Part shown: positions 13,037 to 26,850 of the stretch, piece after piece
Position numbering within the stretch: position 1 is the first letter of the stretch
Layout of the letters: every line of letters begins with the position of its first letter
Source: Cycas panzhihuaensis
Taxonomy: Eukaryota > Plantae > Cycadophyta
Assembly (NCBI GenBank): GCA_023213395.1
Contig: CM041465.1
Coordinates: forward strand, 176,459,741 to 176,523,740
Direction of reading: 5' to 3'
Length of the DNA: 64,000 nucleotides
The notes under the pieces: generated by a model
The model's input: only the letters and a program-made list of their open reading frames with translations
The model's database searches: none
What the model was told of the DNA's origin: nothing
Program-made: the position numbers and the translations under genes

Positions 13037-13506
13037 AGGGAGGGCTAGCTTTGTCTATTCAAGGGGTGGTTGTGCCTTGCCTCGGTAAAAGTTAGACAGG
13101 GTCCAAGTTGCATTCCTCAATATGGACAGTTTTATTTAGCTGGGCTATAAGAGGCATGAGGGCACCATGACTAAGGACAAAATCTCTACATTTAGGTGAA
13201 TCGCCAGTCATATTCCCCAATGCCCAGATAGTCTATTCTTGAACATCATCACTTGGAGAGCCAACATGCTACACAAAAATTGGTACAACTCCATGGTTAA
13301 TAACAACACGAGTGTGTTCTAATGTTCCTGAAGCAATATTTATCAAAGCCCATGCAGCCTCAAACTGAAGCTAAAAAAAATCATTCCTTGTGAGGAACTC
13401 CATAAAACAGGGGACCACACCTGAAGCAATGAGAGAAGCTTCCTAAACTGAGTAGTTGCTTCTAGTTATAAAGAAGGATCATCAGTCCATACTACTGATA
13501 CCATGG
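13037..13506 (-). pseudogene. IMPA: Captured, intronless importin-alpha fragment (first ARM repeats), antisense in the Copia-2 leader
   Basis: Minus-strand translation [75 protein letters not shown]...[31 protein letters not shown]...[27 protein letters not shown]: diagnostic importin-alpha motifs with no intervening introns. Confidence 0.93.
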
Positions 13507-14087
13507 CTATCCTCGAATTCAGTCAAAGTGACATCCTTATAATCACACTACAGAGCTTATAGTATGGCTTCTAGTACAACCAATAACACTTAGAGTGACA
13601 ATGCCTGGAGGAGATGACCTAGACAAGAAGTAGGAAGGAAATATTAAACCACACAAGGTTGGCCTTGAAGGCTTCCTCAGAGAGATTCTAAAAGACCTAT
13701 ATCAACTGGAAGGCAAACATTTTCTCCTCCTCACCTTATCACCGAAGAACCTTCACTACCACGAACTAGAAGGAGAAAACCAGATAAATGCCATTAAGTT
13801 ATCATTCTCATTGTAGAAACCCTAACTAGGGTCAAACGCTACCATCATCTGCCCCTCACAACAGCAAAAAATAACATTAGAAGAAACCTAACAATTGGTT
13901 GATCTTAGCGTGGAAGGTAAACATCTGAAACAAATTCTCAACGATGTTGTTAAAGTAGCCTATCCAAGTGAACCTTGGTTCAACTTTACCTCAATGCAAA
14001 CGATCCTTCCAAAACTCCAGTTGAAGAAAGAAGCCTTCAAACTACTTGCTGATACCTCCTTCTCGACGTCATTACTCAGATCTATGA

Positions 14088-14733
14088 TGTTGGATATTGT
14101 GACAACAATATTTTGGGGCTAAAATTTTGGCATGTTTTCGGCATGATTTCCCCCCTTAATCTTTCTCGAGGGGTTCGAAGGGGGGTGGGAGCCCCCCTTG
14201 GCTGAGGGGTGCGAGGGGAGTCGAACGCCCCCTATTAAGAGGGGGTTCAGGGGTGATAGCCCCTGACCCAAAAATTAGCCCTGTAAACCATATTAAAATG
14301 TAAAGAGAATTAGGGTCATTCGATACAAATACCCTAGATTCTATGGTTGAGATTCATGCCTTGGATGTCCCTCTCATGTAGCCTGATTTAGGGATTTTTC
14401 TTATTATGTTGTATGTAATATAATGTACTATGATGAGGGCAGTGGCTGGTTGTTATTCCTGAGAGCACTCTACTATTGAGATGTATTGTTTCTCCATTCT
14501 ACAGTAATAAAGATCAATATCTTTCCTGTGTGGATGTTTCCCTAGTACACTGCTAGGGTTTTACCATGTTATATCGAGTCCATTTGTGATGTTTGACTTT
14601 CATTTTAATGTTATTATATAATCTTTGATTTTAGAACTTGCATGTAATTTTAAGTTTCAATTTCTATAACTAGTTGCAAGAATGTAATAGATCTTGGTGG
14701 CGGTTAAAGGGTTAGGACCTTGTATTCTCAACA
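14088..14733 (+). mobile_element. Solo LTR (family S) inserted in the Copia-2 leader
   Basis: TGTTGG...CTCAACA termini, TSD TATGA/TATGC, homologous to the reverse complement of 2845-3497. AATAAA at ~14506 supports + orientation. Confidence 0.9.
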
Positions 14734-15057
14734 TATGCAGTCGTTCGAATGCTATTGACCTGCAACCAGATGAAGTCCAAAAGCTGCCACCATCAATAAG
14801 TAGGGTTTACATCTCGTTATCCCTTTCAGACCGTAAATTCCATTTAATTTTAGTTAACTCCTTTTTTAAAAACTAAAAACAAAACAACGGTTGGGTCTGA
14901 GTTATGTTATGTTTTTTATATAGTTTTTTATATGTATATTAAGAACAATAAACCTTAGGCTAAATTTAAACCCCCCCTTTTCGATTATTAAATCCCCTAC
15001 ACTTTATCAATCCCTTCTTATTACATTTGATTTACATTTTTAAAATTAACCCTCTCA

Positions 15058-15063
<6 letters not shown>

Positions 15064-15109
<46 letters not shown>

Positions 15110-15113
15110 TTTT
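15064..15113. repeat. (TA)n plus poly-T microsatellite in the AT-rich Copia-2 leader
   Basis: Direct reading. Confidence 0.9.
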
Positions 15114-15965
15114 CAAAATTAAGTCAAATCAATTTTAGGCTAAAATCAAGATAAACTCTCTTTTGATTAAATAAACTTTATTATGAATTACCATTCAATT
15201 ATATATACCTTATGGTAATTAACATAAACCTTCTTTCATTACATTCTAAAATCAAATCAACCACCCTCACATTTTATTATTGATTTATAAAGCTGCCTCT
15301 CTTATTACAATTTAATAATTTTATTAACCCCTTACATCTTAATATTAAAAATAGTGTTCCCCTTATTATATAATACCTCTTTTAATATCTTTTCTAATTA
15401 AATTTTTATTTTTAATCAATAAAAACTTTTTATAACCCCCATTAAATATTTAGAAATTAAATCCCTTTCAATACTAGATTTTAATTATGTTATTTTACTT
15501 GTTGATTTAATAAATAAATTAATAAAACTTTTTTTCCTTTTAAACTATATATCTTTGTTTTTTCTCAGCATTATCATTTTGTAGAAGACCTATAATAAAT
15601 TTTACAAACTATTGCTTTCTAATTGACAATAGTAAATCAATAACCTTTTATCTTATTCATATATATCTCTCAAAACAATAAAAAAGAAATCTAAATACTC
15701 TAGTTATAAAGTATTTTTTAAGTCTTAAATAAGCAATTACTTTATTAAATAAGTTAAGGGGACTATTAAATTTTTTCAAAAAAGGGGAACATGTAATTCT
15801 TTTTAGGGGAAAGGTATTCAATCATACAACTATGATTTTTAGTTTTTTAAACATACCTGTGAAATGTTAAGAATTACTCTGATGTTTGGTAACTTTTTTA
15901 AGTGACTATTTTCTCACCTACACTTACAACTTCTGATCTCTAATTAATCTTATAATATAGCTCTA

Positions 15966-18900
15966 ATGATAGGGACAACTACCTGCGTTCCAATTCTAAT
16001 TTTAACCAGCTCAAACTATGCCGACTGGAAGAATCACATATCTAATTAGCTTAAACAGTAAAAGATATGGTGATATGTAATAGGTGAATTCAAGAAATCA
16101 ACTGATGCAACTTTAGAAAGTTATATAGTATATCCAATGAACTTAGATTTAGCCATAGGCATCATCCTAAACTCACTTTCACTAGAAATCAGTCAGTAGT
16201 TCTCTGAAACAGATGATCTAGCCACTATCTAAAATACTCTTAAGGAGAAATATGATAAGGTCGACATGTATCAATTGGTTGTTTTAGAATAGCAATTGTA
16301 TGACCTTAATTATGATGATTTTTCTAAAGTTAAAGACTTTTTATCTAAAATTCAACTAATCAATAAAGACCTAGGCAACTGTATTAAAACCAAAATTAAA
16401 GTAGGTGATGATGAACAAATAGTCACACGTCTTAAAAATGACGATATGCTCGTTCATCTTACTATAAACAAATTACCAAAACATTTTTATTTCTTCAAAC
16501 TATTAGACAACAAGTTGGTAATCCTCCTATAACTTTTAATCAGTTGACAAATCAACTGATAGAACATCAAACCATATTAATTCAAACAAGAATGTTAAAA
16601 GATCCTTATCAGACTTTGTTTTCCAAAACTAAGTCTCAAAATAAAAACAAACATTAGAATAACTTCAATAGTAATCCAAAATTCCAGAAACCTCATATAG
16701 GTTCACCTTCTAACTCTCAAAATAATATTAAGTATTCGGGTCCATCTAAATATCATAATACTTCCAATCAGTCTTTTTCAAATTGAAACACTATTAATCC
16801 TTCTCAAAGTATTAGTTGTACCTATTGTTATAAAAAAGGCCATACTATTGATGTCTGTAGAAGTAGAATAACCTCAAAAGCATGGAAAGGTTCTAAGTGA
16901 TTGCAAACTTGACCATAATCTCGACCACAAAACTAGTAACAAACTCATAATTATTCTCTAATGGTAATAACTTCTACATTTGTTGTGCCAACTAATCAAC
17001 TATCACAATGGATCCTTGACTTTAGTGCATCCCATCACATGACAGGACACCAGAAAAACTTATCCACTTATCAATTTAAAACTAACTCTAAAGAAAAGAT
17101 TTCTTTTGGATGTGGAACCCAACTTAAAGTAAAAGGAACATGTGATGTTACTTTAAAAGATGGTTCAATAAATGATGTCTTCTATGTACTTTGGTTGTTA
17201 CCAAATCTACTCTTTGTTTACCAAATCTTATAAAAAGACCTTGTCGTCAAATTCTAGAAAGACAAATTTATTATTAAAGAACCATTAAACAAATTTAAAC
17301 ATATTATCTCTAGACTTGTTAATCATAGTACAAGTCTCTATAGTTTAATGAGTTTACAAAATAACAAAACAAAGCCCTTTAGTGCCTTTATAGCTAAATT
17401 TGACTCATTAAGTAAACTATGGCATGCATGATTTGTCCATACTAGTTATGGCAAACTTAAATACCTAAAAAGACATGACATGGTTTATGGTCTTCTACCT
17501 TTATATACTATTTATGGTGTTTGTGAAGCTTGTGTAATACATAAGCAACGCATGGATCATTTTTCACATAAAACTCAATTCAGAGAGAAAGTTTCACTTA
17601 AACTTATTCACTATGATATATATGGACCATTTCATGTAACTTCATATTCTGGCTCTCATTATTTTGTCATATTTATTAATGATTATTTAAGAAAATATTG
17701 GGTATACACACTCAAGACACGTAGTTAAGTGTTTGACATTTTTATTGAATTCAAAACACTTATTGAAAGCCAATCAAACTTGAAAATTAAAATTTTCAAA
17801 TCTAATAATGCCAAAGAATACTTAAGTAGAAAATTTACTTCCTTCTGTAGTAAGCACATAATATAATTTTAGCATTCTGTTGTCTACACTGCTTAACAAA
17901 ATGGTGTTGCTAAATGCAAGAACCTCACTCTTGTTGAGATGACTTGTTACATGTTACATACAAAGAATCCTAATTTAAAGTTGTGGGCAGAAGCAATTAC
18001 TTGCTCCAACTATCTTTTAAACCACTTACCTAGTAAATGCTTACAAAACATTACTCCAGAATAAAAGTGGTATAGAAGACAACCCTCAATTAATCATCTA
18101 TAAATATTTGGAACTATTACGTGGGGACACATTCCCAAAGAAAAACATAAGAAACTAGATCCAAAAAGTCAAAAATATATCTTCATTGGAAACAATAAAG
18201 AAAGTAAAGCCTACAAACTTTTGGATTCAATCACACATCAAATTTTAGTTTTGCATGACGTAATATTTGATGAAGATGGATCTTCTTCAATCTCTACTTA
18301 TGTAGAACTTTCGATTGAAAAAGTGTTAACCAATACCTATGCTGTTAACCCCTTTGATAAACAAGTTGACCCTGAAATTATAGAATCCTTATCTACACAA
18401 GTCTAGAATTGCACTCTATTTGAACCAACTAGAATAGATTCTTCTTCTCAAGCTAGCTCCTTAGCTCAACCTGTAACTACAGAAATAATTACTAATAAAC
18501 AACCCATATGGGCAAAGAAAATACTTTCTAACACTAGATCTAATGTAGGTAATCCTTTAGATACTAGATGAACACGTGCTTAAAAATTACATGCTAACTA
18601 TGCTTTAATGGCCAAAATAATGGATAATAATCATCCTAAAACCTTTAAACAAGCTAGTAATAATCTTGTATGGTAAGAAGCTATGCAAGTTGAATTTGAT
18701 GCTTTAAACAAGAATTCAACTTGGGATCTTGTACCACTCCCACCAGGAAAAAATGTAGTTGATTGTAAATGGGTTTATAGAACTAAGTACAACTCAACAG
18801 GTGTAGTTGAAAAACATAAAGCTCACATAGTTGTAAAAGGATTTTCTCAAATTGATGGCATAGATTATGACAAAACCTTTACCCTTGTTACAAAAATGAA

Positions 18901-20170
18901 TACAATTAAAACAATTATTGCTCTAACAACCAAATTTGGTTAGAAAATCTATCAAATAGATGTAAAGAGCACTTTTCTGAATGGTGATCTCAAATAAGAG
19001 ATCTACATGTTTCAACCACCTAGTTTTATTAACAATCCTAATTTAGTTTGTAAATTAAAGAAATCAATATATGGATTAAAACAAGCTCCTTGAGCTTGGT
19101 ACACAAAAGTTGATGATTGTCTAATTCAAATTGGATATACTAGATGTATTAGTGATCCAAACCTTTATTTCAAATGTGAAAACAAAAATATTACTATTTT
19201 AATCCTATATGTTGATGATATCATCATTATTAGATCATCAACTAATAACATTCATCACTTAAAAACTACTTTAATGAATAAATTTAAAATGATTGATCTA
19301 GGTCTCCTACATTATTTTTTCGAATTATAAATTTACCAATATGATTTAAAAATAACTATTTCCCAACCAAAATATATTTTAGACTTAATCAAATGGTTTA
19401 ATATGGAAAATGCTAAACCGGTTTCTAATCTGTTACAATCAAAAGTAAAACTATCTACTGATTGTTCCATACCCTCATGTGATGCAACCTTATATAGGCA
19501 ACTTATTGGTAGTCTTATTTATCTAACTCATACCAGTCTTGATATATCCTATGATGTCACCTTATGTTCATGTTATATGCAAAAACCACATGAATCATAT
19601 TAGAAAGCTGTTAAATATATACTTCGATATCTTTAAAACACTATTTTTTATAGACTAACTTATAACTCTTGTAGCAAACCTCTAATCTTAATAGGTTATA
19701 TAGATTCAGATTGGGCAAGCAACATAAATGATCATAAGTCTGCATCAGGTTATGTATTTTTTCTAGATTCTTTACCTATTACTTGGTCTAGTAAAAAAAT
19801 ACAGGCACTAGCTCTCTCAATGACTGAAGCTGAATATTGAGCACTCGTTGAAGCAAGAAAAGAAGCACTTTGGCTCAAATCTCTTCTAAATGAAATTGGT
19901 TTGTCTCCTAACTCTTCTATAGAACTTAAAGTTGATAATCAAAGTGCTATTACTATTGCTACAAATCCAGTTGCATATTCTAGAACTAAACACATAGAAT
20001 TACATCAACATTTTATTCATAATCTTGTTACTGATAATATTGTTCATTTATTTTATTGTCCTATAGATCTACAGGTTGTTGATATACTTACCAAGTGTTT
20101 GACTGAAGTCAAGTTTCTAAACCTGCGAGATTTGTTATAGATAAAAGAAATCTCTATCAAAGAGGGATCA
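15966..20170 (+). pseudogene. Copia-2 gag-pol (degenerate)
   Basis: ORF fragments: gag (16296-16532), Zn knuckle CTYC...GHTIDVC ~16817, protease WILDFSASHHMTG, integrase CEAC..LIHYDIYGP, RT WDLVPLPPGKNVVDCKWVY, RNase H KVDNQSAI..RTKHIELH. Confidence 0.93.
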
Positions 20171-21139
20171 ACATGATGAAAACCTTCTTTTACCATATTA
20201 TATAAAACCTAACATTAAAGGGGGATGTTAAGAATATTAATACTAGTTTTATTTTATTGTTATTTTATCTTTATGTCACATGTGTAATTATAAATTTAAG
20301 TTATATAAAGGTTTAATCTATATTAATATTTATTCATTATGTGAAGGTCATTGAAATATGCAACTGACCATTTCAACGAACCTCTCTTGCTATAAATAGT
20401 CTCTCCTAAATTCTAAGAGTGCATTCCAAGAATCTCGGAGGTTATCCAAAGTCTATTTCAAAGGCTAGTTTATTGTATGTAAGAGGTATGCTTATTAAGG
20501 TTTAATGTATAACTTCTAAAATCAATAAATTCTTAGATTAGGAGGTGGTTTTTCTTCCCCAAAAGGGGTTTTCCAACTATCAAATGCTGTGTACATGTGC
20601 AATGTCTAATTTTACCTATGTTTGTTGATTTTTTGATCCTGTGGCACTGTGCATGATACCTATTCTTACAAGTAGATATTGTCTTAGTTGACAAATTCAA
20701 ATAAGTCTTAACTAAGTAGAGCCACAACTAACCTATTGGGGTTGTGAGATGTGGTATCATAGCAAAGGTTAAAAGCATACACTTATGATAGGTATGGCGA
20801 TAGGGCAATAAGGTGAAATCCCATCTTATTAAAGATTCAAGGTGATGGATATTATGAAACCATGAAACTTTAATAATCTCTTAGGTGACAAAGGTGGTTT
20901 TATGAGCTAAAATTTAACAAATTATTATTGAAACTTAACAAATTACTAATTAGGACTTCATAAGTTAAATTTTAATAGATTTCTCATTAAGGTTTTATAA
21001 GTTAAAACTTGACAAATTTTTTATTAGGGTTTTATAAGTTGAAACTTAATAAAATACTGTTAGGATTTCATAACCTAAAGTTTAACATATTATATAATTC
21101 TAAGTATGAAAACCTTAATTTATAAAGAAAGAGACACCA

Positions 21140-24100
21140 TGTGAATAGAGAAAGCATCTTACAAGGATGATACTCAAGTAGCTCATGTAGATGAAGAAGA
21201 TCTCAACCTTGAAAATAAAAATAGGGTAGATATTCTAAGACATAGAGAAAGCTTATAAAATAACATCTTAAAGGCCTAAGTAGAAACTATTTATAACTTG
21301 TGAGAACAATTAAAATTTTATAAGGAAAATGATAAAAGAATCCTAATAAGGCATGAGGAAATACTCCTCAACATCTAACAAACAATTGAGTAGGATAAGA
21401 CTAAGAAAACTCAACATACTAGGAGAAATAGGAGGAGAGGTAGATCTTGAGAGTCCTCAATTGATGAGTATATAAGTAGGAAAAAAAATAAAAAATTCAT
21501 ACAATATATAATAAGCACTAAATCCTCAATTATAGAATCTTCTAGTGGAACTCTTAGGAGAGGAGAGAAAAGAGGTAGGAAGAGTATGCTTCAATATGAG
21601 ACAAGGAAGGTAAAGTTACCCTCCTTAAATAGAAATATTATGAGTGAAGAAGAAGCAAAAGTATGGCTACTTGGTATTGATAAATACTTTAGACTAAATG
21701 AATTTAGCTCTAATAAAATATTAAGGATTACTATTTACCATTTGACATACAAAGCATCTATGTGGTGTGAACATCACAAAAAGGTCAAGTTCATTTGATA
21801 GAGGGATATGAGGTGGAGTAAATTTCTAAATACTTCAAATAAAGGTACCTCTCTGAGTAATACTATAACAAAAAGGCAATAGCCTTCCATGAGCTAAAGA
21901 AAGGGAGAATGGTAGTGAGTATGAAAGAGAATTTTTGGAGCTTCTTTAATATGTTCCCTATACAAGAGAGGAGAAGATAAATACTCATAGATTTATCAGT
22001 GGACTAAACGAAAACATCTAGAATAGGATAAAAAATCATGAGCCTAAGAAACACTAGGTGTTATAAAGAATAATGGACAAAACCATAAAACCACCTAATT
22101 CAAAATACTAGGTGCTACAAAGAATAATGGACAAAATCACAAAATAAATAGGCTAGTTAGAAGAGAAAATAGTAGCTAAGACAAAGACTATTAAAGAGAG
22201 ATTCCAAATCATAAAGATATAATCAAGGTGAAAGGAATTTTAACTAGCTAATAGAACCCAAGGCCTAATTGGTACCCATGAATATTCCTCGAAATTTGTA
22301 AGATAGAAGATGTTATCGATGTAATAAGAAAGGACACATTATTTTAAAATATCCAAAAAGGATAGAAATGATAGTTGGAGCTCATAACATAGAGCTATAA
22401 TCCATAATGGTAGATGAAGCATAAGAGACAAGACACTTACATGTACATCTAGTAGTTAAAGGTAGACAAGTTAATAACCAATTCATCATGGTGCATGCCA
22501 TTTGTAAGATTGTAAGATAAGAACTTATTATACTTATAGATTTAGGAAGTGGTCATAATTTCTTATGTCTTAGAGTTACAAAAAAATATAAATTTAAAAC
22601 TCAAATAACCAAGAACAAGTGGACTATGTATATGGACAAAGGAAATAAGAAGAAAGTGTCTTAGTATATGCCTTATTTCCCATTAATATGGGATACATAA
22701 CCAACATATGCTATTTTTCAAATTTTACCTCTTGGAGACTATGCTACAATTATAGGTTTTTAATGGTTAATAGAACACAAGGCAAAGATAAATTATTATA
22801 ACAAGATGGTGGAATGATTGAATGATAGTGTAGAATCTATTCTTATTCAAGGGAAGAAGCTTATAATTAATAGTTGGTAGAATTCAACTATACAAGTTAA
22901 GAAATACTTTAGGAAAGGTTGTTGGGCCTATGTCCTTCACGTACATGAAGACAAAACACTTATAGAACCTCCCCAAATGAATCATCCCATGATATAATAT
23001 TTTAAGGATGTATTTCTAGAAGAGTTATCAAGACTACCACCCAAAAGAGATGTAGATGTAGACTATGTAATTGAAATTGTGGTGAGAATAGAACCAATTT
23101 CCAAGGTATCTTATCACTTGGCTACACCAAAGTTTGTAGAGCTAAAAATGTAAATACATGACTTACTTAATAAAGGCTACTTTAGCCACAATATTTTACC
23201 ATAAGGAGCTTCAATTCTATTTGTGAAAGGGAAGGATGGAACCTTACGATTGTGCATAAGACTATAGGTAACTGAACAAGGTAATAATAAAGAATAAATA
23301 CCCATTGTATAGAATTAAATGTTTATTCAATTGACTAAAGGGAGTCAAACTATTTACAAAAATAGACTTGGGATTAGGTTATTATCAAATTTGAATCAAG
23401 GAAGAGGATATCTTTAAGACTATATTTAGAACTGGGTATGGACATTGTGAATTTATAGTAATGCCATTTAGACTGACCAATGTACTTGGAAAATTTATAA
23501 GTTTAATGAATACTATGTTTAGGAAATATTTGTACAAGTTTTCTGTTATGTTCATAAATGACATCTTGATCTATCTTAAATATAAGGAAGAGCATGAAGT
23601 ATACTTGAAAATAGTGTTACAATTACTTAGAGAGCATAAATTATATGCCAAGCTAAATAAGTGCAAATCTTATAAAGACGAAGCACATTATTTAGGCCAT
23701 ATCACCTTAGAAGTAAGAATTGTAGTTGATCCCCAAAAAATAAAAGCCATTATGGAATAACCATCCACTAAAAATATGTATGAGGTAAGGAGATTCATGG
23801 GTTTAGTAAGTTACTATAGGAAATATATAAAAAATATTTCTAAAATTGTAGGCCCAATTACCTTTGTATAAACGAAGAGGGCTAAACTTATATGGATAGA
23901 CTTATATGAGGAATGGTGCCAACTACTAAAATATTTAATCACCAGAACTCCAATTCTCATAATACCTGATCTCAACTCAAACCTTTTACTTCATAGAAAT
24001 ATTGGTATGGAAGTTTTTCGAGTGGTTTTGATGCGAGATGGTAGAGTCATCTACTATAAGTCTAAAAAATTAAAGGATTATAAGAAGAACTACCCCACAC

Positions 24101-24431
24101 ATGATTTATAGATAATAGTAGTTATGCATAAACTTAAGGCATAGAGGCATTATCTACTTAGAAAATGTTTTAAAAGCATGATAGTATTAAGCTCATACTT
24201 GCTGAACCCTATCTTAATGAAAGACAATGTAGATGGATGAAGTACTTGTATGAATTCAATTTCCATCCAAAATACATTAAAGGAAAGGAGAACAAAGTGG
24301 TGGAAACTCTAATTCGATGATATCACATTACCATAGTAAGTATGTAGTGACTTAATTTGACTAGCATCATTGTGGTAGCTTATGAAAAGGGAAAATACTA
24401 TAAGCAAGAAAAAGAAGCCTTACAAATGTAA
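21140..24431 (+). pseudogene. Gypsy-A gag-PR-RT-RNase H (degenerate)
   Basis: gag EAKVWLLGIDKYF..ASMWCE (21586-21798), protease ILIDLGSGHNF ~22530, RT ORF 23461-23760, RNase H NYPTHDL ~24088. Start approximate. Confidence 0.85.
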
Positions 24432-25433
24432 TGTTAGGTGTAATATCCAATTACATAAATTAACCCTATGTAATCTTTCTCTATATTCTTTGTATTTTAT
24501 ATTAGAGGTTGTGGGTCCCATAGAGATATATGCCACCTATAAGTTGACCAATAAGATTCTCTCACTAATGGTGAGCATGTACTATAGGTATATACCTATC
24601 ATTCCCTCTAATTTGAGTTTTGGCTAATTGTCCACATATAATGTTTATTTGTGTATATGTTATACTTTAATACTTTATCTTTAACTCACCATTAGTTGTG
24701 TTTTGCATATTATATTTTAAATTCCTAATATGGTATCAGATCCCAAGGTTTAATCCTTAGAGGCATCATTGTAAACCCTAGTACATATTATTCTTGTTTT
24801 GATATTTTAAGCCTTGTCAATTTTTTTATGTGCCTACTTTGTGATATTAGTCACTTGAAGGATCATTTCATGTTATGTAAAGCCACCTTATGTACATTTT
24901 CTTATGGGACTATTATCAACTTTTGAGGAGCTATTTTGAGGACTTTTTTTAGTTGTTTTAAAGCTTATTTAAGCTACTCAAGTGGATATCTTATATGTCT
25001 GTGGCACTATAATAATATTACATGTAGGTTCTTCATGGTGAAAGTCCATGAAAATTTTTTGTGTGGATTCCAATTATTGTATAGATATCTCCTTCATATG
25101 TAAGTAGACAGATTTTAGTAGGAATTATTAATAGTAATTGAGACAGTTTCTTCTTGCTATCTAAAGGCCAAAAGTGACTCCATTTTGAAAGGGTTTATAG
25201 ATTTACAAGTGAATAAAAGATTATATATTTTTCTACTAATATGTACTCTCTTTGTGATTTATTATATTAAAAAAAAATAAAAAAATTATATTTATGGCTG
25301 TCAAAATTTGGCCTATATTCTTATGTATTTTCAAAAAAAAAAAAAGAGAAAGAGGGAAGGGGGTTGGAAGAAGATTTTTTGCATCACTAGTTTCAGCAAA
25401 ATATACAACTTTGATAATGGAGCTTGTATAGAA

Positions 25434-25935
25434 AATGTTCTCGTTCTAATTATATACAACACTAAGGAAATAGAGGCTATCATTTTGATTGATGTTTTTA
25501 GAAAAGCAAGATCTAATATGATAGTGACATCTATGGAATCTAACCTCTAGATTGAGCCTTCCAAGAGAGTTACACTTGTGGTAGACACCTTCATTTCTAA
25601 TTATGCATAATAGATATTTGACCTTATTATTCTAGGAGGAGGGATGCTAAGTTCCTCAAGGTTGATAGACTCTGAAATTTTACAAACCATCATAAGAAAA
25701 TAGGTAGCAGATGATCAAATTTATGGTACTATATATGCAACACTAGTAGTTTCCCTTTAGTCATGGGGTCTTTGATAAGTTATCCTCATCACTGACAATT
25801 AGGTCAAAGGTTCAGAAAGATGGGCTAATAACCACAAGTCATGGTCTAAGCATTTTCATGGAGTTTACTCTATCTTTTGTTGAATAACTATATGGAAAGG
25901 AAAAGGACAAGGAGATTTCAAATCTTATGGTTGTG
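25434..25935 (+). pseudogene. DJ1: Captured, intronless DJ-1/PfpI-family fragment (one domain), sense within N2
   Basis: NVLVLIIYNTKEIEAIILIDVFRKARSNMIVTSMESNL*IEPSKRVTLVVDTFISNYA**IFDLIILGGGMLSSSRLIDSEILQTIIRK*VADDQIYGTIYATLVVSL*SWGL/..SKVQKDGLITTSHGLSIFMEFTLSFVE*LYGKEKDKEIS matches plant DJ-1 (KVLVPI..GTEE.EA...IDVLRRAGA..FDLI.LPGGMPG..YGAICAAPA..TTSRGPGT.MEF...LVEQL.GKEKA.E). Confidence 0.88.
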
Positions 25936-26850
25936 TGTATAAATAACAAGACTCAATGGCAAGCCACCCAACACAAATTTGTAAATGATGGAAGCAACCC
26001 CTATAAATCATCATGGTAGCCTTGACTCCCTTAGGTAGACCTTCAATGGTGAATATAAATTGATGGTAGCCACACAGATGCTCCTATAAAAAAAATGGTA
26101 TATAAACCCTAATAGGGTCCATATACATTTTATTTGATTCATATTATACTTTAGCTTATGTTTTTTAATCAGTGGACAACAAATTTTATAAGAAAGGGTT
26201 TATTTTTTTTATGTTTGTAAATTTGGACTTAATGAAATTAAATAGTTTTTTTGGGTCTACTCAACCCCCCATCTATTTAGCACCTATTCATATGAAGCTC
26301 CCATATGACCTCTAGCTTGCTAGTGAAAGGGGCTTAACCCCTATTTTTTATACTTTATGGATTACTCATCACAGTTTTGATGATATCTTGAGGTAAGGGG
26401 CTTATTTTTTCAGTCTCATCTATTATATTGGGTTTGTAAGAAATAGATCTTTCTGTTGAAAAGTCATTTGACACTATTTGGATTTATTTTCATGAAGAAA
26501 TTTTAGTTTAAAATCACAAGTTTATGTTTTTCTTTATTTTTTAAAATATTCTTTGGACACATATTATATTTTCAAGGCTCCATGATGTAATGTACCCTAA
26601 ATGGAGGGGATAATATATACCAAGGTCCTAATTTTTGGCTCTTAAGAACCCATTGAGTTTTATTTTCAACTTTATTATATGAGAGATAGTCATTCATATA
26701 ATATTTAATTCACATCTATCATTATTTAGTCATGTAAAAATATTATTGCTAGTTATCTTGCCCATGGTGGCATGTTGTAAATCCAAAAGAGGCATTTTTT
26801 AGACCATGAGGTGATTTGTGGCTAATGAGCCACTTGAAGACTACTTGCAC

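Larger units (their letters stand above)
12427..20670 (+). mobile_element. Copia-2: full-length degenerate Ty1/copia element with ~3-kb leader
   Basis: 445-bp LTRs 12427-12871 and 20226-20670 (TG..CA, roughly 90% identical by eye); PBS TGGTATCAGAGC 12872-12883; PPT TAAAGGGGGA; perfect TSD AGTAG. Confidence 0.96.

Noticed and set aside
13037-13506. Importin-alpha (also MAP65, DJ-1, RRM) as exons of a live host gene with giant introns
   Set aside because: They contain stops, frameshifts or internal deletions, appear already spliced, come from four unrelated genes and lie inside LTR elements.
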